Positions 25,048-36,975 are shown, counted from the whole stretch's first letter. The stretch is 62,838 nucleotides of DNA, filler included, from Perkinsus olseni (GCA_013115125.1; 26 parts of 26 records of this genome joined end to end with filler, not necessarily neighbours in it); one strand, 5' to 3'. The notes: generated by a model from the letters alone, not told the origin. Numbers and translations are program-made.

Positions 25048-25709
25048 ACACTCACCACTTCATAACCCCCTCTCATTTGAACGTACAAGTACACAGGAAC
25101 CCTCGGGCCCGACTCAGATTCCCAAGTAACAACCATGATCCCATGCGTCCAACATCTCGTGGCCACCGAACATTCCACCCTCGCTGCGTTGACGTCCTAC
25201 TGCAACCGACTTAGCGAGCATAGGATCTCCAACTACCGGTCGGACCGTTGGGCGGCGGCGGCCAATACTCACGGTCTGTACGCTATCGAGGCGTGTAGGT
25301 TAGTTCGTAGAGGCTGATGATGACGATGAGGAATATTCCACGCTTGGCGGTGATTCGGTGGAGCCCCACTTGCTTGACTGAGGTTCCTCTCAGGTTCGGC
25401 CCCTCCTTTCAAGACTGTAACTCCGAGTTGATTCTGGAATTCACTATTACACGTGCGGTTCCAGAATCGAACTTGAGTTTCACAATTGGTCGACCCGGTG
25501 CATTCGGAGCTGTTCGTTCAGTAAACTGCATCCAGAACAGATTCTGGAATGGGTTCCAGAATCAGTACCCAACATGTTCAGTGAACTTCGGAATCGGTTC
25601 TGAAACGCATTCCAGAATGAGTTATTTAGGAATGGGTAAAACCTACGGGCTGTTCAGTAAATCGATCTGTTAGATCCTAATTGGGGAAACGCAAAAACCC
25701 AACTAAGGT

Positions 25710-25731
25710 CTTGAGCCAAGATGGCTACGGA
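25710..25731 (-). other. Genomic relic of the Perkinsus spliced leader (not an SL RNA gene)
   Basis: Minus strand TCCGTAGCCATCTTGGCTCAAG matches 21 nt of the Perkinsus SL; it is followed by ACCTT, not a GT donor. Confidence 0.85.
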
Positions 25732-26200
25732 TTATATACGGAATAATACTGAGCATGCAACTCATCGCAACACTTTAAATTCGGCATCATCAACTCGGAC
25801 AGTTTCACAGCCAGCCGTTTCGGAGCCGTCCCATAGGATATCCAGGGCGCCAGATCTGCGCACGCCACAGACCCTACCTGACGACCAGTAACGGCGGGGA
25901 CGTCGAACACCAGCTGAGACACCAGTAGCGACAGAGATGCGCATCCCAACACGAGAGGGAAGCGGCTCATCTATGAGACTGTCTTCGGTCTCATCAATCC
26001 CAGGACTGACCGATGCCTTTTTCTGTTCAGTCAATCGATCCTGGGAGCAATTCTAGGATCGATCCCTGGATCGATCCTGACTACGTTCAGAAGAGCACAG
26101 GGTCGATCCCAGGACCGGTCCTGGGGCCCAATTTTTCAGGACTGGTGAACACCGATCCTGGGGACTCTGTGGCGCGCGAAACAACACCAAATTACACAAA

Positions 26201-26847
26201 CGGGGTGTTCAGAGAACCTATTCTGAAATTCAGAATAGATTCCACAATGCAAAACACCAAAATCGCGTTCAGAGAACTGGCCCCGAAATACATTCTGGAA
26301 AGTGTTCCAGAATGAATTCCGAACGCGTTCAGTAGACTTAGGATTGTATTCCGAAACGTATTCCAGAATGCGAAATTTGGGTATGACAAAATCGTTTTCT
26401 GAGCGAATATTTTACGGCGCGTAGCTATTCGTGGCGCGTGAAAGTTCTCCCCGACTTAATGATCCGCCCTGCCCAAGGATCGAACTCAGATTGAAACTGT
26501 CCTTAATAACGAGCAATACATGACCCAAGGACCGAACTCGGGGTCTTGCGGATGTGGACTGAGCGCTTCACCGTTAGGCCATTCGATCGAATTTCATCGG
26601 CGACGCCTGTCGGGGGGCTAGGTGCTTGTGGGCTAGCGGACGCTGCGCATGAAACGTTTCCGGAATCCATTCTAAGAATGCGTTCTGAGAATGCGATCCG
26701 TTGAACACGTTTCGGAATCGATTCTGGAACGCATTCCGAGATATTTGAGAATGGAATCCTCTGAACACGATTCGAGAATCAATTCTGAGAATCGATTCTA
26801 ACAATACTTTCTGGAAATGATTCCGGCCGATTTTTCTGAACACCCCG
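26201..26847. mobile_element. Non-autonomous TIR element, CGGGGTGTTCAGA...TCTGAACACCCCG, 3-bp TSD AAA
   Basis: 13-bp perfect TIR with AAA on both sides; GTTCA repeated at 26207/26267/26327 and TGAAC at 26702/26762/26837. Confidence 0.8.
26461..26583 (-). pseudogene. tRNA-derived relic (A box, B box and a duplicated B box) inside a TIR element
   Basis: Minus strand TGGCCTAACGGT..GAGTTCGGTCC (26524-26583) and a second GAGTTCGATCCTTGGGCAGGGCG (26461-26490); no complete cloverleaf. Confidence 0.45.
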
Positions 26848-27330
26848 AAAGTCCCAGCGTACTTCGCGAAGCGTTATTCGTATGTACTGAGCGAATGACC
26901 CAGGTTCGATCCCTCCTGGGAACTCCGGGACTTGCGTATACTTGTGCGGAAACCCATAGACGCTGAGGTTGGGAGAGGCATACGCGAAACCAGAACCCGC
27001 GAGAGGGGACACCAGGTGNNNNNNNNNNNNNNNNNNNNNNNNNNNNNNNNNNNNNNNNNNNNTTAATTAATTAANNNNNNNNNNNNNNNNNNNNNNNNNN
27101 NNNNNNNNNNNNNNNNNNAGGGGACGTACATGTATGGCAGGTTCGGCCTATACTTTGTACCGGAAAACCCGGCCACCCCCCGGCGACGATGGCGCGTATA
27201 GACCTAGGGGGGGACAGTCCATTCGTATGGCAGAAAGCGGTTAGGGCGTTTAGACTGGTCTTATCGTTGCGAAATTGTTTGAAACGGCTGCTAGAGGTTC
27301 GCAACCTTTGAAGGGTCTCGCTCTATTAAT

Positions 27331-28190
27331 GGGTGTATTACGATCCGTACACCGAAAACTCGTACACTATCGCTTCGTACACGGCTCGTACACTGAATTC
27401 TCGTTCACTCATTGGATTCATACATCGTCATTTCGTACACTTGAGACTCGTACACGTAATACTCGTACTCGTGATACTCCTACATATAATACTCGTTCAT
27501 GTAGTGAGTCGTACACATAAAGTTCATACACGTGAATCTCGTACGCTAGCAACTCGTACACGAGCACGACTCGTACACTATGCTTGCTGAGTCGCACTTT
27601 TGAGCCGCGCGTTGGGTGCAATGACGGAGCGAAGGAAGTTATATTGTCTATAGGGAGCGAACTGTTCGCGCCACTCTGTGAAAAAAAGTTTATTCGTGCA
27701 AGTGGTATGGTGGTTAAGATAGCGGACTCTCGATCGGAAAACCGTATGTTCGATCCTATGTTCAGGGACTCCCTTGCCAGGGAGGAAGTAGAGTGGTACT
27801 AAGGGGCGGGAAAGCGCCGGCGGAGCCGGCGCGAAAATTTTTAAGGCAAGTCGCGCAGCAGCTCCGCGACTTGCCTAAAAAACTTTCGCAGAGTGGCGAA
27901 ATGACGGTGTACGACTTTAAACTGGGGTTGTGTACGAAATGAGAGTGTATGAAATGCCGGTATACGAGTTGAAAGTGTACGGCAATTATGTTTACGGGTG
28001 TTATATGTACGGGTATTGCGTATACAAGCATCATGTATACGAGTTTTATATGTACGAATCTCTTGTGTATGAGTATTTTGTGTATGACTATTTGGTGTAC
28101 GAGTATTTCGTGTACGATTAGAAAATGTATGAGTATTGGAGACGTGAGTCGAAAATGTACGACTATTTGGTGTACGAAACGTGAACATCC
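27331..28190. mobile_element. Foldback/MITE-type element, GG...CC ends, 8-bp TSD CTATTAAT, inverted CTCGTACAC / GTGTACGAG arrays (MULE- or Merlin-like)
   Basis: CTATTAAT at 27323-27330 and 28191-28198; left end GGGTGTATTACGATCCGTACACC vs right-end reverse complement GGATGTTCACGTTTCGTACACC; mirrored ~250-bp arrays. Confidence 0.8.
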
Positions 28191-29554
28191 CTATTAATAT
28201 CGTGAGAGAGTTTTATATTCCTCTCGGACGTTAAGGGTTTTTGTTGTCGTTCCCTACTGCATTGCTCTTTGCAGTAGTGTTATCCCCTGAGATCCCACTC
28301 ACGGATTTTTACGCTTCCTTATGGTTGATAATTTAGACAAGGCTACTACGAAGGTTGTCGAAGTGGTTTCCGAAGGCCGTTGAAGCCGGAGGAGGTCTTG
28401 GCTATGGTTGAAGATGTTGATTATTATGCTGATGCTGAGTCTATGGTCAAGATGGTCGAGGAAACTAATAAGAATGGTATGGATTTTGCTGTTCGCTGTA
28501 TGGCTGCTGGTATTAAGGTCGATGCCCCCGGCAAACAGTCTAATCCGGCTATTGAGGAGATTAGAGATTTTGTTTTGAAGGCTAACGTCGACTTTGGTAA
28601 GCTGACGAAGACGTTTATGTTTAAGGGTCCTGTGGTTTTCTACGAGTACTCTCGAGGGGTCAAGCAAGGTTGTTATTGAGTTCGAAAGGAGGATCATGAG
28701 TTTGACTCTCGTTAAGGGTACTTCATTCGTTCCTGAAGTCTGGTCAGCGCTCTCTCCGGAGTTACGGCTTTTCATAGTTAGTGGAGAGACGGTATTTCCG
28801 GATGTTAAGGCGGGCGATGAACTCTCTGTTGGGGTATTCGAGAAGGCTGGGATTTGGTATCCTGGTTCCGTTCTTACTGTGGGTTCTCTTTTACGGTTCA
28901 TCTGTGTTAAGATGATGTTGGATGTCACGTCTCAGTGGGAAAACACTGAGAATTATCCCATTCTTCTTGCTCCGAAGGTTCCTTCTGAGGATTCGACGGT
29001 TGCGGAAGAAAGGTGTTGTCGTATGGTTACCCATTCGTTATATTTTATGGCCTTGAGGATATTGACTGTGTATAAGGTTCTGTTCTATAGGACTTTATCA
29101 ACAGATTGCTAAAGACCCCAAGAACGGTTACTCTGATGCTGCTACTAAGGCTTCTACTAGGAAGGTTACTGAGGCTGCTTCTGGTGCTACTGATGCCGGT
29201 GATGCTAAGGCTACAACCCCGCAGGTGGATACCTCTGGTAATAACGGCTCCTCTTCTAAGTGAGATAAGAACTGGTATACCACTTCCTCCAAGTGGAGTA
29301 AGAGTTGGTATGATAACTCCAATTCTGCTTCTAAGGATTATGGTAGCTGGAATGAGACTCCTAACCCTGATGGTAATGTACTTCCACAACCTGTATGGGA
29401 CTCTCCTCCTACTGCTACGCATGATAAGGAAGTGCAAGGTGGTTCCAGTTGCTCNNNNNNNNNNNNNNNNNNNNNNNNNNNNNNNNNNNNNNNNNNNNTT
29501 AATTAATTAANNNNNNNNNNNNNNNNNNNNNNNNNNNNNNNNNNNNNNNNNNNN

Positions 29555-31223
29555 CATCAGATAACCCCGGGCAGTGTTGCTGTGGACCCGTCGGACTTCC
29601 GTGGGAGGCCATGTGAGTCCACATGCAGGAAAAGGCATCGCTAATGCGATGGAAGGCGTCACCCGGCTGGCGAGGAGGATGGGCCATATACAGCGAGATT
29701 ATAGACGGTACCGAGAATGACGAGAAGTTCATCGGACCGTTCTTGAATTCCTTCAACACGAAGGGAACTTCGGCAGAGTGGAAAGTGCCCAGCTGACCCA
29801 GGGTCAAATTTCCATAGGCAGGGAAGAATGCGCCGAGCTTGAACCCATCCCAAGTCCCGAAGAGGTCGGGCTTGTCGAAGGAATACATCCAGGTTGAAGA
29901 CTTCCCCCCAGTCCTGAGAGCATTGGCAAGACGTCTCGCAGAGCAATGAAAGATTGCATCCCTTATCAGATAAAAGACCTGTTCAAAAGGACTATTGCTG
30001 GTTCCGTAAACAGAAGAATATCGCGCCATGGGATAGAGCTTCTCCAGCTCCTTGGCGGCAGTCTCGTTCTGCAAGAAGTAGTTGGTGGCTCTGCGAACGC
30101 CCTGCTCTGTCAAAGGCATCTTGAGATCCGGTATGACGTTCGGCAGTATGAAAGCGAATATCGACCCCTCGTTCTTGTTCAGGCCTATGATAAGCGGGAC
30201 GTCATTATGGTCACCGCTTTCAACGACCCGGAGGGGGATATCAGGGAGGGCCGTGCCGTCTACAATAGGGCCCACAGGCATGCTGGGAAATAATGGCGAT
30301 CCCCAAGTTGGCGCACGGGCCGGGTCCACGCGTACTCCGTTTGGGATAGCCAACTTTTGGAGGTCAACTTGGCGCAGGCAATCGAGATCATTGGCATCCC
30401 TACAGCCCGCGAGGTTAGTCGCTACCCAGTCGTAATATTTAAAAGCATCTGTCTTATTCTGGAAGAACATCGACGTTGAAGTCGTCCCAGACTGTATAAT
30501 GGCCGAGTGGAAGAGGCCTTTACTTCCCGGGGCCGCGATGTGCCACATAACAGTAAATGCGCCGGCGGACTCTCCGAACAACATGACTCTGTTCTCATCC
30601 CCACCAAAGGCCTCGATATTCTGTCGGACCCACTTCAGACCTAGCTGAGTATCCAAGGTCCCCCAATTGCCAGTTGTACCCTCTTGTGAGAGGGAGCTCG
30701 GAGACCCGAAGAATCCCAAGTGGCCCAGCCTGTAGTTCACCGTGACGACAATAACGTTGTGTGCCGCCGCCAAAGCGGTACCGTTGAACGAAAACGCGTC
30801 GCCATTAACGTAGCCTCCACCATAAATCCAGAACATGACCGGGAGTTTGGACGTACCATTCTCTGCGCTAGATGGCCGGTAGACGTTGATGAACAGACAG
30901 TCTTCAACACCAGTAGTGCCACCAGTACCACCTACGATACCCGAGGCTACTTGGAAACATGCGTTTCCGGGCGTAACCATGGTACGGGTGGAGGTCCAAT
31001 TTTCAGAGGTGTAGGGCTGAGGAGGTCGAAACCTGAGTTTTCTGACAGGAGGTTCCGCATAGCGGATGCCGAAGAAGATCTCCACATCCTGGACGATAGG
31101 CTGTTGTAGTTCAGTATTCTTTTGTACCACAAGTCCTGATATCGGACCATTGGCGATCTCAACGGGCTGGAAAGCCGCAGTGACGGACAACAAAACAAGA
31201 TGAGGAAGATCCGCGAGTCTCAT
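29555..31223 (-). CDS. Secreted type-B carboxylesterase/cholinesterase-family hydrolase, intronless, 3'-truncated
   Basis: Signal peptide; FFGIRYAEPP, EDCLFINVY, WIYGGGY, VNYRLG, nucleophile GESAG, acid NKNEG, His in FHSAE. Confidence 0.95.
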
Positions 31224-31813
31224 TCCAAATTAAATACTACAGGCGACAACGCACATCACACCCACACGGGACTCTAAAAAGCCGCACAGTGTCCTGCTAC
31301 CCCCCGGTGCCGTGCGAGACGTGACGGGAGAGCAACGTCAGGGGTTGGCTCGGGGTCTCTGTGACCTTCCCCTGTGCGTCACGGCCTGATTCAACGCCCA
31401 TAGCATATAAAAGTGCTCCGATAAAACCAGGCGCACGAGCCTTCAGCAGGCTACAGGCTTCGTGTATTTTCCTCTGTGTGGTACACAACACTCGATGATT
31501 AGCAAGCCTTACGCGCATTTACCAGGCTGCAGCTCCCACTCCAGCTTGGTGTTCCCTAAGATCAGGTGCTGGGCCACCACTTGTGGCCGCCACCGGTAAA
31601 TCGAAGGGAATCAGGTTCCGTTCTTTTTTCCGACGTCATTACCACTGAACGCGTGCCCGACCAAGGAATCGTGTAAACCGTGAAAAAACCCCTGTAGGCT
31701 GTGTGGGATTTCGCGCGGCATGGTGTAGACCATGTGCGGACCCTTCGTAGACAACATTCCTAGTCCTCTTTCGACACTCAACGCGTATTGCGTTCGGAAA
31801 CCTACAGTCGTCA

Positions 31814-32059
31814 CCGTAGCCCTACATCTGTACGTATTTTCATCCGTACGTATTGACATCTGTACGTACAAATCGTCGCGCGCCATNNNNNNNNNNNNNN
31901 NNNNNNNNNNNNNNNNNNNNNNNNNNNNNNTTAATTAATTAANNNNNNNNNNNNNNNNNNNNNNNNNNNNNNNNNNNNNNNNNNNNATGGCGCGCGACGA
32001 TTTGTACGTACAGATGTCAATACGTACGGATGAAAATACGTACAGATGTAGGGCTACGG
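31814..32059. repeat. Same 73-bp repeat terminus ending two different contigs (31814-31886 and reverse complement 31987-32059)
   Basis: CCGTAGCCCTACATCTGTACG... with internal 16-bp-period CATCYGTACGTA units; flanks differ beyond CCGTAG. Confidence 0.85.
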
Positions 32060-32653
32060 ATTTTCGAGCGGCCTGCAATTCCGTGCGACTGGGGGAGAGG
32101 TCTGGTGATATGCAGGCTCAGAGGTGGCATGATGGTTGGCTTCACCCTGAGCCTGGGTCGGCAAGCCATCCACTCTGATGTACTGCTGCCGGCAGCAGCA
32201 CATGCGTGAAGCGCCCTTTCCAAGGCCTACTTACCAATAATTGACTTGGATGAGATTTGAGAATGAACTACGCAAAAAGGAAGCAACGAAAGGCTAAGGC
32301 GTGTTGAGGGTTGACGGGCCGATAGCCCACTAGAATGACGACCGTTCTCGAAACGGGGGCCACAGGGAATATGCTTCTCTCCATCGCTACGGCCAAAGAG
32401 CGAACCGCTCCGAGCGATATCATGTCGTGTATGATACACAGATGGTGTATATACCCGATCTTCATTCGTGCGCATCATAGCTCATTCGACCTCTGTACTA
32501 ATACTAATCGACCTCTGTACCTCTGTACTCTACCCCAAGACTCCTACCAGACTCCAGCAGCAGTGTTGGCGGTTACGGTATTGGCTTAGCTGTGCTAATG
32601 AGCAGCTGTCTCGATTTTCTCATCGCCATCGTCCTCACGCAGGCTTCATTCGA

Positions 32654-33377
32654 ATGTTCATCAAACGTATAGTCATCTTCGCCGCAGCTGCCTCAGTGGC
32701 GACTGGCGCAGTGGCCAACCCACTCGACAGTGAGAAGCCTAATGATGTAAGCTACGTGGGGGACGGCCAAGGTAATCTAGTAGAAGTAGGGCTTGTTTTC
32801 TTTCTTGGCATTCGAATCGCACTATCTATCGAGGGACCTCAGCCAGGCGGGAGTCCCCAATATTCTCTCCCACCCTCAGAAATTCCCTCCGCTGAAGAAC
32901 GCGACGTCCGACTGCTGCTTCTTCTCCAATATGAAACTCACATACGACAGGCAATCGTTCAGGATCATCGTTGGGCCAGACTTCACGCTACGGACCATGT
33001 ACGTTGCCTGCCCAGGGACAAAGAAGTGGGAGGCTTTTCAAGCGGACTTGTAGGCTCGCGCGGAGGAAAATAGATGCTCCCAGTGACATGCTTTCAGTTT
33101 GAACGACGGAGCACTCAGTCGATTCTACCCCTCTGGTCACGCCCTGTGGCCTATATTGTACAGGAAAGAGGCCGACTTTGAAGAGTATGCTGAAGACGAT
33201 CGCCTCGAGGATCCGCTGGGAAGAAATTTCCGGGTGAAGTTTTCTAGACGCGAGCCGAAGGTTCCCACAGAAGTCTGCAAGAAGGTATTGAACAAGTTGA
33301 ATAAGAAATTCGGCACATACTTGGCAATGTGCGCTCATTTTCGTAAGGCAATCGTGGGCCGATACCGTCCACGTTAA
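32654..33377 (+). CDS. Small secreted lineage-specific protein with two short introns
   Basis: Signal peptide [22 protein letters not shown] introns at about 32772-32833 and 33050-33097 join the three ORF pieces. Confidence 0.55.
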
Positions 33378-34065
33378 CCTACCCTCTCGGGAGCTGTGTC
33401 CCCGGAGCAGCATCATATTTACTGCCTGAGACTCAGCATTTTAATTCACGTTGTTATCGTTCGTAATGACTTAGTCCTTGTGTGCTTCAGTCGATGCAAT
33501 CGCGTTTTGTTTCGGTAAGGCCTCACGTCCGGACGTCACGAGATCTATTGGGCACGGGGATGTGCCAATTGGAACACAAGCCCGAGACGGCCACAGACCG
33601 CGTAGTCTCTGAGCTGCCATACCTCTCGTATCTGGTGCTGAAGAGACGTGTCCTCTCGCCTGCTCCCGTCAATTTTCTTTCTGAGCCGATAGACTTTTCA
33701 TTTGCTTGGTTCGAGTTGGAAGAGTAAGTTTCTGTGGCACTTTCCTTTTGGACGTTGCCGGTCCACCTTACTGGATGCCTAGGATTCTGTTGCTGAGTAG
33801 GGACAGGTGTCACTGTGCATCTGCGAATATGTGAGTAAGCTGAAGGTTCGTCCATGCGCTTCCACACAACGCTGCACTGCTTAGAGGAAGCGGCAGTAGT
33901 TGGTAGAGTTGGGCTCAAAGATCCTCCCCATGCTCGTTCTGTAAAGAATCTTCACATCGTTACTGACGATGTTCCGTTTGTGAATGGGATGAGCGTCAGT
34001 TTAGCTTTCACAGTCGAAGCATCATCTTCAAGGTGGAATTTTCGATACGCAGCATTCCTTGGCTT

Positions 34066-34165
34066 ACTCGAAGTTCGAGTCTCGAACTCATAGCAACGAA
34101 ATGACTCTGTGGTTGTACAGGTTGACCACAGCGACAACGCCTCATCACGAGTCGTGATTCACGAC
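34066..34165. repeat. Two 22-bp X7-rc(X8)-X7 scars (34066-34087, 34144-34165)
   Basis: ACTCGAA-GTTCGAGT-CTCGAAC; ATCACGA-GTCGTGAT-TCACGAC. Confidence 0.9.
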
Positions 34166-34241
34166 ATGACTCCAAGGCCGAGTAAATTGATGAATAAATG
34201 CACAAAGTCCCACCCGTCACGATGAGCCGCGTTGGTAGTTT

Positions 34242-34313
34242 TGTTGATCGCCTTCTGTGAACCCTTTCGGTTAATATATTCCACGGTCTTCCAGATTAAC
34301 AACTGGAAACACT
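34242..34313 (-). mobile_element. End of a 3' or solo LTR of the family at 22231
   Basis: Exact reverse complement of 22231-22302; no PBS follows the CA. Confidence 0.85.
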
Positions 34314-34639
34314 NNNNNNNNNNNNNNNNNNNNNNNNNNNNNNNNNNNNNNNNNNNNTTAATTAATTAANNNNNNNNNNNNNNNNNNNNNNNNNNNNNNN
34401 NNNNNNNNNNNNNCCGTCTAGGATTAGATAAGTACATCACTTCCTATCATACTATCAAGGTTGAGTTGGCACCAATCTACAGTGCCCTGTTCCGCCAGTA
34501 GAAATCTGAGATGGTGTTGAAAAACACCTTGAATTTCAAGGTCCGTAGCCGCTGAGGATCTCGTCGCAGTTCACAGAGTTCACTGCGCGGAAGATGGAGC
34601 GTGAAGCTTCAGCTGTGCCGCTATGTCGTTGGCAATATC

Positions 34640-34840
34640 CCAGTCTATTCCTAGCCGCATACCGCAAGCAGGGTGACGACACCGTCGCCCTCCGCCGTGT
34701 GCGATGCAGTACCTGATCACAGGAAGGCTTGCGTAGAATAGTGACCAGCAGCTTCTCATCCGGAGCCACTTCACCTGGCTATGCCATCGGGGGATCCCCT
34801 ACGAGCGAGTTTGGTACAGTCCAGCACCTCGCAGATTGAA
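34640..34840 (-). pseudogene. Fragment of a WRKY19-like GGGRRC zinc-finger repeat gene
   Basis: ICEVLDCTKLARRG.. and YCIAHGGGRRCRHPAC motifs. Confidence 0.5.
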
Positions 34841-35105
34841 TGCCCGCGAGCTCCTGACGAATAGGTACCCATAACCACGAATTGCAGTAGTGTTACTTGA
34901 CTTTTCCTTAGATTCCTCGCTCCTGATCTGACGACCTGGCATCAGGGGTCGGATAGGCTGGCGGAAAAGCGAGTGGAGCTATTGATGACTCAAACACTGA
35001 GAACCACATGTGGTTACCACATGCGCGAAATAACGTACTAATAACGTTAAGACAGCTCTGATCTTCATTTTTCACTCTGCTTCTTGCCCCGCAGATGCAT
35101 CGAGC

Positions 35106-35127
35106 GATAATTAAATTATCATAATTT
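35106..35127. repeat. 22-bp X7-rc(X8)-X7 scar
   Basis: GATAATT-AAATTATC-ATAATTT. Confidence 0.85.
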
Positions 35128-35848
35128 ATCCTTTTACGGCAGCGCAGTACCATACCGTGTTGAACCTGAACACGGGGCTGCGAGCGTACCTGAATTGTTG
35201 GATAGCGAGTCGCCATTGGCGACGCTACGATCCTCAACGCTTCCCCCTACGCCATGATGTCGGTGTTTCTCAGGGACACGCTCTCTAGTGGTGGATGGAT
35301 CTGGTCCCGAATCTGTTCAACCTTGCTACGAGTGACTACCACTCTCGTTTAGTTGATGAGGTGTGTTGCGGAGGACAGCCCTGGGATCCCCCGGAGGCTT
35401 GTCACAGCAGGAATCAGCTCCACCTGAGTCCGAGCTGACCTACTGTCACCCATCAGCTATAAAAAAATCCGTCTGAACTCAAGCCCAATTCCACTCAAAT
35501 GGTCGCCACCGTCTTTCTGCCCACCCCCTTTTACAACCACGCGCGCCCCGAGGCCTCGTCCGTTGGTTGAACTTGCTCCCTTACGGGACCTTCACTACCG
35601 CAGCAACAAATCGATACTCGCCAGACACCTGAAGAGGAGACGTATATGTTACATCGAGTTTTACCCCTAGTGCCCTCAATACCTCGGAGGTATTACCTCC
35701 AGCATGTCCAGGCTGAACGTCATGGCTGGACGTTCCAGCTCATCATTCGCACCAGTTGGTCTCGTCTCGACTCGCGAAGAGATAGGAGACTGGTCGGGAG
35801 ATCAAAGAGTAGAGGACGGAATGAGTACTTGCAACAGTCCTTCAATCG

Positions 35849-35870
35849 GAGACATCATGTCTCAGACATG
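35849..35870. repeat. 22-bp X7-rc(X8)-X7 scar
   Basis: GAGACAT-CATGTCTC-AGACATG. Confidence 0.9.
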
Positions 35871-36575
35871 TCGAGGTACGTGGCTCCGCTGGTATCCCCA
35901 GTAGGGTGGGGGGACATATCGGCACAGCAGCTTCTGCTCATTTCGCCCGGCGAAATTCGACCTCCTATGTCTGCGCCTCCATCACATATACCATCTCCTT
36001 CATCGAAGGGTGCTTCAACGAATTCGTCGCTCCCGGACTCTTTGCCTTCAGACTCGCCTTCGTACTCAGAATACGAAGGCGAGAAGAATACGGTATTCTT
36101 CCCGATGATCGGGACCCGATCCGACGCATCGGAGTCGGAATCTTCGCCAGCAGATTCCTCGGAGGTTCCTCGGGATTGGTTCTGTTTCCCAGGCAACCTT
36201 CCTCGAAAATCTCGTTGATATTGCTCCCATCGTGACGACGAGCCGGATCTGGAGAGAAGACGGGGCCTTTTATTATCCTCATAGAATCACTGGAGCTACG
36301 TGGTAGCCCCAATCAATCCAGGACGTAGCCAGTGGATACTAGCCACTAGTAGTTACTACTACCTTGCTCATCACGGCTTGAGGCCTCAGAGTTGCTGTAA
36401 CAGCAATGCTGTTCATATTATTATCTCCGTCAGTGACTTGAGCGTCTTCGACCTTGGCTTCAACCTCCTCGATCAAGCTCCTGTAATACTCTCTCATCGC
36501 ATCGGAAGCCAACGTTGTATGCAATACAGGGTATATGTAAGTCGGTCAGGTTGCTCACCCCGGGTGAGCGACGAG

Positions 36576-36623
<48 letters not shown>

Positions 36624-36631
36624 CGGGCCGG

Positions 36632-36698
<67 letters not shown>

Positions 36699-36941
36699 GG
36701 GGGGGCGGGGGGCGGGGGGCGGGGGGGGCGGNNNNNNNNNNNNNNNNNNNNNNNNNNNNNNNNNNNNNNNNNNNNTTAATTAATTAANNNNNNNNNNNNN
36801 NNNNNNNNNNNNNNNNNNNNNNNNNNNNNNNATCGAGTATCTCTATCGTGGGGTAGCTATGATTGGCCATTGTGGATCTATTAGGAGTCACTCGAAAGCC
36901 CAATTAGGAGCGAGTATGGTGATCATGCCGAGGGATCATCC

Positions 36942-36975
<34 letters not shown>

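Noticed and set aside
25420-26847. CRISPR-like array or heat-shock elements (nGAAn repeats)
   Set aside because: No conserved 23-50-bp repeat with unique spacers and no cas genes; the arrays are mirrored inside TIRs, so they are better explained as transposon subterminal repeats.
27275-28197. Tyr/Thr/Arg-rich ORFs over the GTACGA arrays
   Set aside because: These are translations of the 15-bp non-coding repeats.
28320-29454. Degenerate gag-like coding region
   Set aside because: It looks coding but is split over frames and has no diagnostic motif.
31814-32059. Large hairpin or inverted repeat centred on the gap
   Set aside because: The arms belong to two unrelated contigs placed together by size sorting; both simply end in the same repeat.
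36578-36731. Poly-G tract and Gly-rich ORFs
   Set aside because: A near-homopolymer at a contig end, most likely a sequencing or assembly artefact.
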